DNA of 63,721 nucleotides, filler included, from Choristocarpus tenellus KU-1152 (lineage: Eukaryota > Protista > Phaeophyceae), in NCBI GenBank assembly GCA_964200185.2. It is 12 parts of 12 records of this genome, joined end to end, with 100 filler letters (N's around TTAATTAATTAA, not from the genome) between each part and the next. Parts side by side here need not be neighbours in the genome. Positions count along the whole stretch, not along the records: positions 10,219 to 27,345 come from CAXNAD020000720.1; 11 more parts are not named here. One strand, written 5' to 3'. The position numbers were made by a program, and so were the translations under genes. Below are positions 13,166 through 26,243 of this stretch, one piece after another. The notes under the pieces were generated by a model. That model was not told the origin of the DNA and ran no database searches. It saw nothing but the letters and a program-made list of their open reading frames with translations. Each line of letters opens with the position of its first letter. The stretch's first letter is position 1.

Positions 13166-14237
13166 AGGGTTGTCAGAATGCGGGGAGAAAAGGGAATAGG
13201 GAGGAATGCAAACACAGAATAAAATTTAAAAAAAAATAATCCAGAATTTGTGAGCAAAACAAAATCAGGGTTGGCCCAGAAGGAGGAGGTACATGGAGGA
13301 GGACACACCAAGAGAAGTTTGTGAAGCCAGGATGGCGTTGGCTGGATTGGTTATGAGTGTAGGAGGACTTGCATTCAACGTTGTTCGTAACCACAACAGG
13401 CCCCGCCTGAAGCTTTCCAGGCACTGAGAGACCGTTTCGAAGGAGATGAAATTACACAAATAGCATCTAGCAATTGGGGGAGGGATCCTGCGCGTATCAC
13501 CCAAGAGATGGAAAAAAGCTGAAGATGTTGCGGAGTCTTGGTACCAAACCTGACGAGGAAGAGAGCAGCTGACACTTTTTGAATATCAGTTATTCGTAAC
13601 TGTTTTGCCGCAGAATATATTGTCGAGATACGTCAGATTTCCGATGTGGTTCGAACGACCAGATTGCAACTACGGAAGAGAGTCTGCGGATCATATCGGA
13701 TGAACAAGAGGTTGGAGGACGGTGCTATTGGGAACCACAACGGAGCGCTTACTTATGTCTACTGGAAGCTCGACATTCAATCATGGATCGCATTCTGCAT
13801 CATCGGCTGGACACCATGGTAAACATGCTGTAAAATGGTTCAAGTGCGGTGGACCGCATTGCATGTCTGTTTGTCCATCTGTTTCTTCCCCACCTGTAGC
13901 AGGAAAATTTTCCGGTACCTGCTATATTTGTAGCAGATCGGGACACAAAGCTTGAAATTGTCCTGGGCGTGGAGTGGCTATGGCAGCAGCTAAACAAGTC
14001 GTTGATGGTGGTGCAGCGATTACGCTGAGGAAGGGGCGTGGGCAAGGGAAGGCGAATGGTGGAAATAATGGACCGCCAAAGAAAAAACTTGCAGGTTTTC
14101 TCTCGAAGGTGTAGGATGAGAACACTGAACAGTGGGATGATGTATGGTATTTTGATAGTGAGCGTTCTGCCCATATGATCAACAACCCCATTGCTTTGAT
14201 GGACCAACGACCTGTTAGTGGAAAGTCTGTGACTGTT

Positions 14238-14428
14238 GGTGAAAGTATCTTAGAGGGTACAAGTTTTTCCCTACTTGTCCATTTGGGGCTTGGCTTCCCA
14301 CGGGTCTTACTACAACATTTTCCTACTCCAAAATGTATATGAGTAGGTGAAGTATGTATGTTATGAAAAGGTTGTGTCCTGAACATGGATATTGACACTT
14401 CCTAACAAACACAATAACCGAAATTATA
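14238..14428 (+). mobile_element. MITE family A, 3'-truncated, inserted in the Copia-1 protease region
   Basis: GTGAAAGTATCTTAGAGGGTAC...GATATTGACACTTCCTAACAAACAC. Confidence 0.88.
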
Positions 14429-17249
14429 TAGAGGACAGAAACTTCGAGCTACCATGGTCGGAAACTTACCATTACGTTGTATACGGAATGAGAAGGTTTA
14501 TGATTTTTTTCTGCGCAATGAGTTGTTGGTTCCAGAGTTAAAGTTCAATCTTTTCTCAATGGTTCAAGCTGGATGTCATCAGGTGGAGAAATTTATTGGC
14601 GGGGGGAAAATTCTTTGAAGTTGATCTCATCAACAGGTGGACCTCCCCTTATTTTTTCATCAACCCGTGGAAAGAATTTTCATTTGCTCACATTACAGGC
14701 TAGGAGGAGAATGCCTACAAAACCTACACCACCACGTAGACCAACTCCCCCTTACCCACCTCATGAGACTGAAGTGGCATTTGCGCTTGGAGGAACAGCA
14801 GCAATCCACCTCGCCCAGGAGGGGGGGTTAGGGGAGTCGACTTCGCGCGAGATGAGACTGGAGGTATCGACCTTAGCCCACGGTGGGGCTAGAGATATTG
14901 ATCTCGCCCAAGGGAGGAGTGGTGGGGATATCAATCGAGAAGGATTGATGATCGAGGCTACTTTACTACTACTATATCAGTGGAGGATGCTGTAGAAATG
15001 AGTAAACTTTCCCGCGAGGGGGTTGAAGTTAATGCCGTTGTCCCAGAGGGGATTATTGGGGGGGAGGACCTATCTCAAAGATGGTTCCACCAGTGTTTGA
15101 TCCAGGCGGGTCAACTAGTCTGAATGCAACATCAGAGGTGGGTGTTGAGGAACTGGGTGGAGGACTGATGAGGGCACGGAGTGCAAGAATGGGGACATCG
15201 AGGGGGTGTTGGATCAACACAAGATTCAGCATGAGTACATATTTCCTGGTTCCCCCCAATTGAATGGGAAAGTGAAACGCGCAATTGCACCGATAGCGGA
15301 GAAGGGGCTGGTCATGATGCACGCGGCTGGATTGGGTGATCGGTTGGGTTTGTGGGCAGAGGCGCCTAACATAGCTACCACACTAACAAACCTTTGCCCC
15401 ACGTCTGCTAACCCCCACTGGAAACCACCATATGAAATGTTTTATGGTGTTCCAACCCACCCTCATTTGTTGCCTCTTTGGGATTCCAAGGGTTTCACGA
15501 GAGTGGACCAACGGATGCATAAGTTAGCAGCCGAACCTTGTCTGATGAAGGTATGTTCTTCCAATCCCCCTTCTGATTCTTTGCTGGTTCTTACAAATTC
15601 AGGACAAATAGTCAACAGGCATGACTATGTTTGGGAATCACATTCTGTTGCTGGGATTAACAACGCTGGGGATGGAATCTTGGGGGAGAAGCAAGAGGAC
15701 TTTGGGGGGAGGATTGGGGAGTTGATGCTGGAAAAACTTTCTTTTGAATCAGAAGAAAAGTTCGAAGAGAAAAAGACTTCAAAAGGGGTGTCTTCAGAAA
15801 AAGTGGGTTTAGATTCGGAACTTAAAAGCGGGGAAGGTGGAATAGATGTGAAGAACACTATGGAGAATGGAAGTACGAATGGGATGCTGAACACTGGTGC
15901 TGGTGGTATGGATCCACCTACATCACAGCAGGGGAGTGGTGGAAAGTTGTTACTGCGACTAGCGGACCATTACCGCAATGGACATAAAGACCATAACCCC
16001 CCATCCGAACTCGGTGAACCATTGCAACGGACATAAAGGTATGAGCGAAGACTGGCTGGTCTACTTGTGGGTGGGGAAGATGAAGCCCTCCCACCAGAAC
16101 CTACGACCATGAGAGCAGCGACTGAGACTGAGGGGTGGCCTTTGTGTAAAGCTGCTATCGATGAAGTGGATGGTCTGGATAGCAGGGGAGTGTGGATTCA
16201 AGTACCTCGCCCCACTGATGGTCACAAGGTACTCGGAAAAAAGATGTGTTTACTAGGAAGATGGATGCTAAAGGAGAAGTGGAACGGTACAAGGTCAGGT
16301 TGGTTGTCCAGGGTTTCAGGCAGAGAAAGGAGGAAGACTACTTCGAGTCATTTTCGCCAACACCTATACATGCTTCTCTTCCCATGGTACTTGAACTAAC
16401 AGCAAAGATGAATTACGTGTTGATCCGCAGTGATGGGAAGAAGGTTTTCACACAGGCTGACTTGGAGGACACCATATATGTGGAACTTCCAGAAGGAAAG
16501 GCGAAGTTTGATGGAGAGGTGGGTCTACTGAAGAAGTCGCTGCATGGGATAGTCCAGGCTTCTTGGAACTGGAATTTTCTGCTAGGGGAAGCTTTGGCGG
16601 AACTGGGATTGGAACAATCTGAAGTATATCCATGTCTATTCCGAATGATTGTGGAGGTAAGGTTGTGATGATCATGATTGTTCATGTGAATGATATGTTA
16701 ATGGCTGAGGAGCCAGGGGCTGGTTATGCTCTGCGTATCATAGAGGGACAAGCGTTAAAGTTTGAAGAACAAACTGGAACAAGCGTTCCCGTGCCAGGGG
16801 GAAGGGGTATCTTTTTTATTGTGTGTACTGTGTAATAAATTCAGATGTTAATACTGAAATTGAAAAATGAGGTGGTGTATTTTCAGCCTGGTAAACATTT
16901 CTTGGGGGGGAACAGATGGGAAGGGGAACAATTTTGTGTTTTGATGCGATGCATTGATCACTGTCTTTAAACGACACCTCCTCTCTATCCCAATCTAGCA
17001 TTGCCCCAAATGCCGACATTTGAGGCATATAAGAAATGTCACCCACACCCCAAGAGAGGTTGCGAGGAAACAGAAAGAGCAGATGCAACAGCTGTTTGAT
17101 GTCCTACTTGTGGCCACTTTTGGTGTCCTGAACTTAAATGAGACAAGTGTTGGATCTTACGTGCTATCTCTACCACATCTGAGTCTGCTCTCAACAAATC
17201 CCCAGTTTTTCTTCTTATCCCTACGGCTTCCGGGAAAACAGATTCTGCA

Positions 17250-18130
17250 AGGCACCTCTATTTCTGTCCGGTCTCAGTTCGCTTTTCGCCCGGTTCAGGG
17301 TGGTCTTGGCCATCATTCCAACCTGGTTGAATCGGAAGTACCGTGTCCGCTAGGCGTACAGTAAAATGCAGACAAATAACGACCGTGCGACTTATCGGTA
17401 TTTCGGCTAATGACCAGAGCGATCCCTCCAGGACGGGCATTCCTCCCTTTCCGTCAGGGGTGATAATTGTTGCCCCCAGGGTTGGTCCAAAAATCCTCAG
17501 ACGAATGTCCTCGCCTTGACCTCACATTACAACCTTCGAAGTTGCAAACTGGGCGGGGCTCCGAAGGGGGTTGAGGTGAACGGTCATGTAGATTTTTTAA
17601 AGATTTTTCAGGCGTGTGGGTGCGTCTCATCGATTTCAATTGGTGAATTTCGGCGTTCGCCCGGTCCAGATCGTCTGCACGGCCCTTTGCAACAGTCAAC
17701 AACGGACGAATACCAGATAATTGAAAGTCTGTTGGGTGTAAATTTTCCAGGTTTTCAACGGATGTGCTGGAGGTCACAAAATATGAGGAAACGATCCCCT
17801 ATCCCGACCCGACATGGCAGGCGCTTGGCCAACCACGGCATCAACTCTAGTGCAGCGAAGTTCTCGTAACATTGAGGATATCAACACAAAGCTCCCAGAA
17901 TGGCGGGTAACACACCGACATTGAATGCACAGTATCCGAGTCTGTATGTAAGTAGGGCAATCAGGGTGGCTGGGGTAAGGTCAACAGGGACGAGGTCACA
18001 TCTGTTGTGCGGGTCGGGTCCACTCTCAACTCACGTATAAAAGAATCAATTGACTCAATTACCCTCCTAGCAAACGCCCAAACATCCTCCTTCGGTTCTT
18101 GACGAATATCAATCATGTTTCAGAAGGTCC
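17250..18130 (-). pseudogene. Gypsy gag relic (left arm)
   Basis: Zinc-knuckle-like PVCNFEGCNVRSRRGHSSEDFW; inverted copy of 18145-18550. Confidence 0.6.
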
Positions 18131-18144
18131 TGTCTAAAAGATTC

Positions 18145-18550
18145 GGTAATTTGAGTCAATTGATTCATTTATACGTGAGTTGAGAGTGGACCCGGCCCGC
18201 ACAACAGATGTGACCTCGTCCCCGTTGACCTTACCCCAGCCGCCCTGATTTCCCTGCTTATGGACATACTCAGATACTGCGCATTCAATGTCAGTGTATT
18301 TATTACCTGCTATTCTAAGAGTTTTGCGTTCGAACCCTCAGCGATACGAGAATTTCGCAGCACTAGTTGATGCGGCGGTTGGCCAAGTGTCCGCCATGTC
18401 AATTCGCCAATGGAAATTGAAGAGACACACCCACACGCCTGACAAATCTCCGCGACCATTCACGTCAACCCTTTCCAGGCCCCATGATCCCCACCCAGTT
18501 TGCAACTTCAAAGTTGGTAATGCGAGGTCGAGGGATGGACATTCGTTTGG
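18145..18550 (+). pseudogene. Gypsy gag relic (right arm, inverted duplicate)
   Basis: Reverse complement of ~17500-18063 with an internal ~160-bp deletion; PVCNFKVGNARSRDGHS. Confidence 0.7.
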
Positions 18551-18559
18551 TGTCTGCAT

Positions 18560-19665
18560 TGACTGCATGCCTAGTGGACTCTGCACTTCCAACTCAACCA
18601 ACTTCGAATGATGACCGCAAAATATATGTCATCCGCTGTACACCACCTTACAAGATTCACAATCTTGGTTGGAATAGCAAATAAGCAAGAAAAAACCGTG
18701 GCTAAACCTCTCGTGGATCGTATTCCATCTTTGGTCCTCCTGAAACAATCCACTCTGACCAAGGCAAAGAATTTGATAATCAACTCCTGGCTGAGTTGCA
18801 TTAAGTGTATGGATATCATAAAACCAAGATAATGGCATATCGACTACAAGGCAATAGTATATGTGAACGCATTCATCCTACAATGCATGGTATGCTGACC
18901 ATGTATTCAAATATGGACCAATCTGACTTGGCCTCATTATTGCCCTTTGTACAGCTACCTCATAATACAGCCTATAATACCACTGTTCAAGAAACGCCAT
19001 TTTCTCTCATGTTTGGGAGGCGCCGAATATTACCAATTGATCTTATTTTGGGGGTCCCTGAGGCCACCCCCATAACTACACAAGAATACAACATGAAAAC
19101 AGTGGAGAATTTACAACTAGCCTATGAATTAGCACGGCGTAATATTGGTGAGATGGCTCTAAGAAACGAATCAAAGAAAGTGAACCATAAACTCTCACTA
19201 AACGGACCTGGACATGAAGTGTAGCTTCACAAACCACATACTTCAGCAGATGCACCAAACCCCAAGTTATTGTCCCCAAGGAGAGGACATTATGAAGTGA
19301 AGGCACGTATAACACCTGTTGTACATCGTGTAAAACGCTTGGAAGATCAAAATGAAGTGGCAGTTCATCTGGCCAGACTTAAACCTTACAAAGAAGGAAT
19401 AGCCAGAGTACCTGACATTGATGCCCTTAATTCACTCTTTTTAGGCTGGATTTTACCCAAACCGAATCTTGATCAGGGGTCAAATACGCAGTCAACTATT
19501 GGATCTTACAATGAGGAGGGTATTGTTGATCATAAACGTGGTGTAGCAAGAAACACTACCGCAATTATTGTACCGGCTTCACTTTCAGGGATATTCACCG
19601 GCCAGTGATGTATGGCTCAAACCCACTGAAATACCTGAATGTGCAGAGATAATCGCAGCCTTTGA
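18560..19665 (+). pseudogene. Gypsy integrase core plus C-terminal chromodomain
   Basis: VHHLTRF...KTVA; YRLQGNSICERIH...LLPFVQL.HNT...TPFSLMFGR; VHLARLKPY; EGIVDHKR...LYRLHFQGYSPASDVWL. Confidence 0.9.
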
Positions 19666-20559
19666 CCAAGCGACTTGTCATAGTCAAAAGACACTGCCAC
19701 TACAACAGCCAAGGAACTTGTAGTACCACCAACCGGACGTCTACCTAATAGCAACCAAGCCTCCTCTAATATTTTTGACACCCCTCCTTGTGGACCGGAA
19801 AGAGCGATGAATGCCTCTATACTAGTGGGTTGCCGGCCTGGTGAGTTGCCACCAGATTCCACAGATAGAGAAGACGTTTCTTTTTCACTACCAAGATGGC
19901 AGAAGCGGCGCCGAAAGATTCTCGAAGACAATACCTAGGCTCAGACCGGGTGGTATTTTCAGAGCTGATCTAGTTAGCGACTTGAGTCTTGCGAAGTAGA
20001 AAGACTGCTCTCATCCGGAAACAAATACAGGTTGATTCTATCCGTGAGAAGCATGCATACTTTTTCAAAATATTATTTATCTCAGGTATAACATTTTACT
20101 TCATTATTTCTTTTAAAGGACTGTGCGCATATAATAAAAATTTAACAGTTCAACTTACTGGTTACCCAAGCACCTTGGAGACAAGTTGTTGAAGAAGAGG
20201 TGATAATAAGGGATGATGAGTCTTCCTGAGCAATGTAGGCAGATAGTCTATATGGTTTATAGGTGTTTAGTGACCACTACTAGACAATATGAATGTTGAC
20301 TAAGTGGAAGAAGTGTCATTGACTTGTTTTTGTGCTTAGAGTAATAGGATCAAATCTCAGATGATCGTTTTGTTATTACCTGACATAAATGGACTGATGG
20401 ACGATTACTGACATAGTACTAGCTATATAGGATAAGCTTTGTGTGGTATGGATGTGTTTGTTAGCGGAGCTTGCTTTGACCTTGGACTGGCCCTTCTTCC
20501 TATTGTCTTCCTGAAAATGGGCCTTCAGCATCAGGAAGGTTCCCTTCTCCTCTCATCAT

Positions 20560-23500
20560 AGGCATCAGGAACAGCATGCCACAAGTATTTGCACAGCTGT
20601 CAACATCCCCAGAACTAAAATATGATCAGTTAAAGAACACCATCATGTCTTCTGCTTCTTATGTGACCACGGAGGTAACAGGGGAAATAACTAGGACCTC
20701 GGGGGCTATGACACTGCATACAGGGGCAGAGTCGCAAACAGGGAAACTGGAGTCTGGGAGCGGCTTCAGTTCAGATCAATGTACGTTCTGCTTAGGTTCT
20801 AATCACAAGTGGCGAAAATATCGCTCGTACTTGAATGGACAACCAACCCCCTGCTAAGCGTCCCCAGGGGATGGCGAAACCAAAATTCCCACCACCAAAC
20901 AAAAGAAAGAGCAGTGGTGGCAGAGGTGGAGGCAAGGCAAAAGCTTTCCTGACCATGAATGTGTATGTAGGGGAGGATGTATATGACAGACTGGTTGAAG
21001 CAGCACACTTATCATCAACTCAAAATATGACCAAGACAGACGCCATTAGCCTCCTATGTGACTCGGGAGCCAATGTACATCTTACCCCAAGACTGCAGGA
21101 CCTAACTGCAGCAACAGAGATCACTCGCACCTGCACCTTTGGTAATAAAGGTACACTAGAAGCACAGGCAACAGGCAAGATGGTGTTGCAAGCCACTAAT
21201 GAGAAGGGCAAGCCGACCAAGATTGTGCTCCAGGATGTGCTCTGGGTACCTGGTCTACCATGCAGACTTCTTAGCACAGGTAGCCTGCGGCACAAGGGAG
21301 ATGAATTTGTGGACTCTGGGTTTAGAAGAAGCTACATTCAACCCAACAAAGGGGCAGCCAAGATCCATTTGGAGGAGAAGGGAGCCTTCCTGATGCTGAA
21401 GGCCTATTTCCAGGCAGACAATAAGAAGAAGGGCCAGCCCAAGGTCAATGCAAGCTACGCCAATAAATAACAGCGTCTCTCCCTCTTCGACTGTCATAAA
21501 ATAATGGGTCACCTCAACCCCTTTGCCATAAAGCACCTTAAAAACGAGGACTCCTGGATATCACAGATGCTACGGTCGCCTCCGAGCTTCACTGCAAGGT
21601 ATGCAAGGAGTGTAAGTCCGAGGCACTCAGTTACGCTCAGGGAGGCCGCAGTCCCAAGACAGTGGGGAAGGTGGTGTACACAGATATGGAGGGACCTTTT
21701 AACCCGGACGTGACAGGAATGAATATTTTCAGGTGTTCGTGGACGAGGCTAGCAGGGAAAAGCGTGTGATAGGACTGCGTACCAAGGACGCCGCTACAGC
21801 GGCCACTGCTGCCTACATAGATGAAATGGCTTGGGACGGGGTGGTAGTGAGATGCATCAGTGGAGATGGTGCTGGCGAGTTCGGGAGGAGGATAAGGTTC
21901 CAGCGCTTGCTAACAGAGCGGGGCGTAAAATGGTGTAAGAGCCCACTAACACACCCCAGAGCAATGGAATTGCTGAGAGGGCAATCAAACAGATTATGCA
22001 ATCTGCGTGCAGCCAGTTAATTCAGGCTGGACTGGGGGAGGACTTCTGTTTTTTTGCAGTGGTAGACGCCACATTCAAGACCACTGCAATGCCGCACAAG
22101 TACTTGGGAGGTGAGGCACCATGTGAGGACCTGACCAACATACCCTTCAACTACAAGCGGCTTCCGAGTATTTGGGACAGAGTGTTTTGTACACCAAACC
22201 AAGCAACAGCGCGGCGCTAATGCTAAGTTCCACCCATATGCAAAGCGGGGGATCATTGTTGGACATGACAGAGCGTCATTATGCTGGCACATCTGGATCC
22301 CACAGGAGGGTAAGCTGGTGACCTCAGCACAAGTGACTTTCCAGTCTGAAGCTAAACTACTGGAGCTAGTGGGAGAGTCAGAGCTGGACATACTGGAGGA
22401 GTCAGAGTTCGATGACGACATGGACATGGGTATGAAAAATGAAAAAGAGGGTTCCAAAACAGGGAGCAAGACTGGGGGTGAGAGCCAAAACATTGGGCGT
22501 GGGGCTCAAGATGCAAAGCGTCCAGCATCCCTTCAGTCAAGAAATTTCTCCCAGGATTGGACAATCCCAGCGCATGGATAGGGCTGCACAGATGGAAGCT
22601 AAGCGTCTGACCCCACACTCTGGACTTCGGAGATCTGCCAGGCTGGAGCAACGCCAGCGGGTAGCCTACACATCTCAACTATGTGATCAGGAAGAAGATG
22701 AAGAAACAGACATAAACCACTTTGTGTCAACCCTCATGCAGCAGAACAACAAAGAAGTGTACTGCTTTATGGGTCTCATGGGGGAAGTAACAGCAGGTCC
22801 AGATGAGCCATCTACAACCAAGGCGGCCTTGAGTGGGCCAGATGGAGAGCAGTGGCAAGAGGCAATGGAGAAGGAAATGTCAGGGTTATGGCAAAAGGGG
22901 ACTTTTAGTGACAAGGCCCTCCCCCAAGGTAGGAAAGCAATCTAGACATGATTTGTTTTCAAGATGAAGCGCTCCGCAGACGGGTCAGTGGAAAGATATA
23001 AGGCTAGACTTGTGGCCCGTGGGTTCACCCAAAATGCAGGAGTGGACTTCTTTGAAACCTTCAGCCTGGTGGTGGGATATGACACACTATGATGAATCGT
23101 GTCAGTCGCAGCGTACAGAGGTTGGAGCATAGACGCCCTGGACTTTACACAGGCCTACCTCAACGCTGATCTGCAGGAGGACGTCTGGTTGGAGCTTCCT
23201 AATGGCTGCACAGTCAAGGCCGAGAAGGCAATCTATGGGCTGAAGCAGTCAGCAATGGAATGGTACCATAAACTACGCATTACCATTATATCAGAAGGAT
23301 GGACAAGCAGCCAACATGATGAGTGCCTCTACTTCAAGAAGAGTGAAGACGGACGCATTGCCATTCTCACGACCTATGTGGACGACACTTTCACCACTGG
23401 GGACTTCACAGAAGAAATCCAGAGGATGAGGGCATCACTGCTGGAAAAGTATGAGGGGCGGGACCTAGGTACGCCAGACAAGCTGATTGGGGTGGGCATC

Positions 23501-24349
23501 ACTGTGAGTGAAGATGGCATCACCTTGGACCAACAAATGCACGCTAAAAACATTGTTATGGCTGGGATGGGCACTATAGAAGTACGAAAGACATCAGCAC
23601 CACTGGACGCCGGCATGGACCTCTCTGCTAAACAAAATCATGAGGAACTAGATCCCATCATATACCCCTATGCCAGTATTCTTAGGAAACTTATGTTCTT
23701 AGCAGTCATGACTCGACCAGATCTGGCTAACAGTGTTCGTGAACTGGGGCGTAGAGCAGCATCTCCATGCATGCGACACTGGCGCGGACTACAGCACGTT
23801 CTCCGCTACGTAGCAGGGACATTGGATGTCTGCATTCATTATGATCGAGGGGACAAAGATATGAACGAGGGGGACAAAGAACTCCTGGTGGGTTATAGAG
23901 ATTCTGACTGGGGCACAGACTCCCAAACACGCAGGAGTGTCACAGGCTACTTGCTACTGTTCAACAAGTCGTCGATTGCCTGGCGCTCCAAACTTCAAGG
24001 TGCTGTCACCCTCTCCAGCTCGGAGGCAGAGTGGACGGCAATGGCATACGGCATGCACCACTGCATTTTCCTTCAAGGCATTCTGGGGGAGATTGGCATA
24101 TTACAGGATCAGACTCCCTGGTTCTGTGACAATCGTGGTGCTATCCAGGCGAGCAGAATCCCAGGTTACAATGGGAGGACAAGACGCGTAGACATGAAGC
24201 TGAAGTGCACTAGGGAATATGTGGACCAAGGCCTGTTTCATGTAGAATATGTTCAAACATCAAAACAACTAGATGACATTTTGACAAAGCCTTTGCGTAA
24301 CTGTCTTACTTCTAGTTTTGTGCATTCTGTGCTTTCGTGTCGAGATTGA
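20560..24349 (+). pseudogene. Copia-2 gag-pol (frameshifted)
   Basis: CTFCLGSNH knuckle; LCDSGANVHL protease; H..MGHLN; integrase; RT TTYVDDT; RNase H VGYRDSDWG...LSSSEAEW. Confidence 0.93.
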
Positions 24350-24387
24350 ACTTTAGTCAGCAACTTTGCTGCACGCTCATGGGGGAG

Positions 24388-24801
24388 TGTGCAATATAGG
24401 CTGATAGTCTGTATGGTTTATAGGTGTTTAGTGACCACTACTAGGTAACAGGGATGTCGACTAAGCGGAAGAAGTGTCTGGACTCGTTTTCGTGGGCTTA
24501 AAGTAATGGGTTCGAATCTCAGATGATCAATATCTTATTACTTGATATAAATGGACTGATGGACGATTACTGACATAGTATTAGCTACACAGGATAAGTG
24601 ACATAGTACGATGTAATGGCAGGACACTTGTTGAAGTGTCAGCTGATGTGTCAGCTGATATATGCAATAAACAATAAGATAATAAGAGAGAGAGCACCCC
24701 CCACCACCACCGAGGGCTGTGCTCACTCCGCTGATAAATCCATACCACACGAAGCAAAATACTCTACTTGAGTAGCTCTCTTTTGCAAACTCTTTTGCAA
24801 A
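24388..24801 (+). repeat. Copia-2 3' LTR
   Basis: Starts TG directly after the PPT, ends at the TSD, and is similar to 20227-20436. Confidence 0.88.
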
Positions 24802-25207
24802 CTTCCAACCACCCTTGACACTATTCCTACAACACTCCCCAGTAGATGACTTGATGTACCAAAGCTGTGGTGATACTGAGCTTCATCCACTCAGACCCCG
24901 GGAGACACTTAGGAGACAGGCTGGTCCACGCCATTTTTCTCACTGCAATTTACACCCGTTAACACAAATTTCACTTGGACTAAGGTGGTATTTAGAGCTA
25001 TCTATTAGACGACTTCAGGATCGTGGGGTAGAAAGATTGCTCTTATCCGGGGACATTAACATAGAGTGATTCCACCTGTGTGAAGCATTATGCATATATT
25101 TTTCTGTTCAAATATTATTTACCATGGGTATAATATATTACTTCCTTTAAGAAATGCGCATATAACAAACATTTGAAGTCCATCTTTTTCTGGTCTTCCA
25201 AGCACCT

Positions 25208-25439
25208 GATTGAAAATATCTTAGAGGGTAAGATTTTTGTCCTGTTTGTCCATTTGGGGCTTGACTTCACACAGGTTATTTATGACAGTAGGTAAAACGT
25301 GTACGTTATGAAAAGGTGCGTCCGAAAAAGGATATTGAAACTTCCTAATAAGCACAAAAGCAAAAATTACATCAAAATTCTAACATAGGGTTTTGGTCCC
25401 CAAACGGACGCGGCTCTTCCCTCTAAGATAATTTGACTA
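25208..25439 (+). mobile_element. MITE family A with 4-bp TSD ACCT
   Basis: ACCT at 25204-25207 and 25440-25443. The empty site CCAAGCACCTTGGA is seen in the paralogous unit at ~20167. Confidence 0.93.
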
Positions 25440-25739
25440 ACCTTGGAAGCAAGTTGTTGAACAAGACATGATAGTAAGGGGTGATAAGTTTCTAATTGCC
25501 CTTGACGCTATCCCCACAACACTCCCCAATAGATGATGTACCAAAACACTTGGACTAGCGTGCGACCTAGGGCTGATCACCACTAGTGCTCCACCTTTCC
25601 TATTTCTTTACCCCCGAGTTGATTCAACCAGGGTGTCTTCATTTTTTTTTCCTCCCAAAGATGGACCTGTCCGACATGAGGTGCTGGCCAGCCACTTTTA
25701 TGTCCATGTTGGACAGTATCCACACCGGGGCGGGGGTAA

Positions 25740-26153
25740 TGTCAGGGACATGTTCCTCTCTTGTGATCTCCGACACACACACTTGTACAGAAGACGCGCG
25801 ATCATATAAATTTGTGCACGCCCACCACCTAATTTGCACTCACCCATACCGACCAGTCCAATAAACCAACCACATCCGTAAGATTCGGATTTGACCAAAC
25901 AGTCAAAATGTACTGTCAGAACGAAGATCCATTCCGATTCTGACTGATCCACTTCTCTGTGACGTTGCTCGGTCATTCTGGAACATCTGTTGTGCCTTGA
26001 AGTTTTTGTTCTGTTCTGGATTTCCTCAACAGTTCTGAGATGTTGAGTCAAGACCTTTGAAGCTCGGTCTCACCCTCTGAGGTGGAAGAGTTCACTCCGG
26101 TGATTGTGATTACCCCCTTGAGCAGAGAACTTGGCACCTTTGACACTTCCACA
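25740..26153 (+). repeat. Gypsy 3' LTR (TG...CA, 414 bp)
   Basis: Preceded by PPT-like GGGGCGGGGG; TGTCAGGG...CTTCCACA. Confidence 0.75.
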
Positions 26154-26243
26154 ACAATAGCAAAAATAGTACTAGAAGTAGCGATAGTAATAATAATTAT
26201 AGCAATAACAATAACAACATAGTAATAGTAATAATAATAATTA
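26154..26243. repeat. (AAT)n microsatellite, right half
   Basis: Same AGAAGTAGCGATAGTAAT motif and orientation as 10338-10607. Confidence 0.85.

Larger units (their letters stand above)
12270..16720 (+). mobile_element. Ty1/Copia element 1 (degenerate gag-PR-INT-RT), nested in the Gypsy left arm
   Basis: Zinc knuckles KCGGPHCMSVC and CYICSRSGHKA; protease WYFDS..SAHM; integrase PGSPQLNGKVKR...LWAEA; RT ERYKVRLVVQGFRQ...LKKSLHGIVQASWNW. LTRs not resolved, so boundaries are approximate. Confidence 0.85.
20227..24801 (+). mobile_element. Ty1/Copia element 2 with LTRs and 5-bp TSD CTTCC
   Basis: 5' LTR remnant 20227-~20436 matches 3' LTR 24388-24801. PPT GGGGGAG at 24381. TSD CTTCC at 20222-20226 and 24802-24806. 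Confidence 0.92.
10608..26153. mobile_element. Composite fold-back Ty3/Gypsy (chromodomain) LTR retrotransposon with nested insertions
   Basis: Bounded by ~123-bp inverted copies of the LTR 3' end (TGTGGAAGTGTC...). Minus-strand gag/RT/RH/INT-zinc finger on the left, plus-strand gag/INT core/chromodomain/PPT/LTR on the right. Confidence 0.75.

Noticed and set aside
10608-26153. Ginger DNA transposon (TGT...ACA TIRs plus Gypsy-like integrase)
   Set aside because: The interior has gag, RT, RNase H, a PPT and a full LTR. The 'TIR' is the LTR 3' end.
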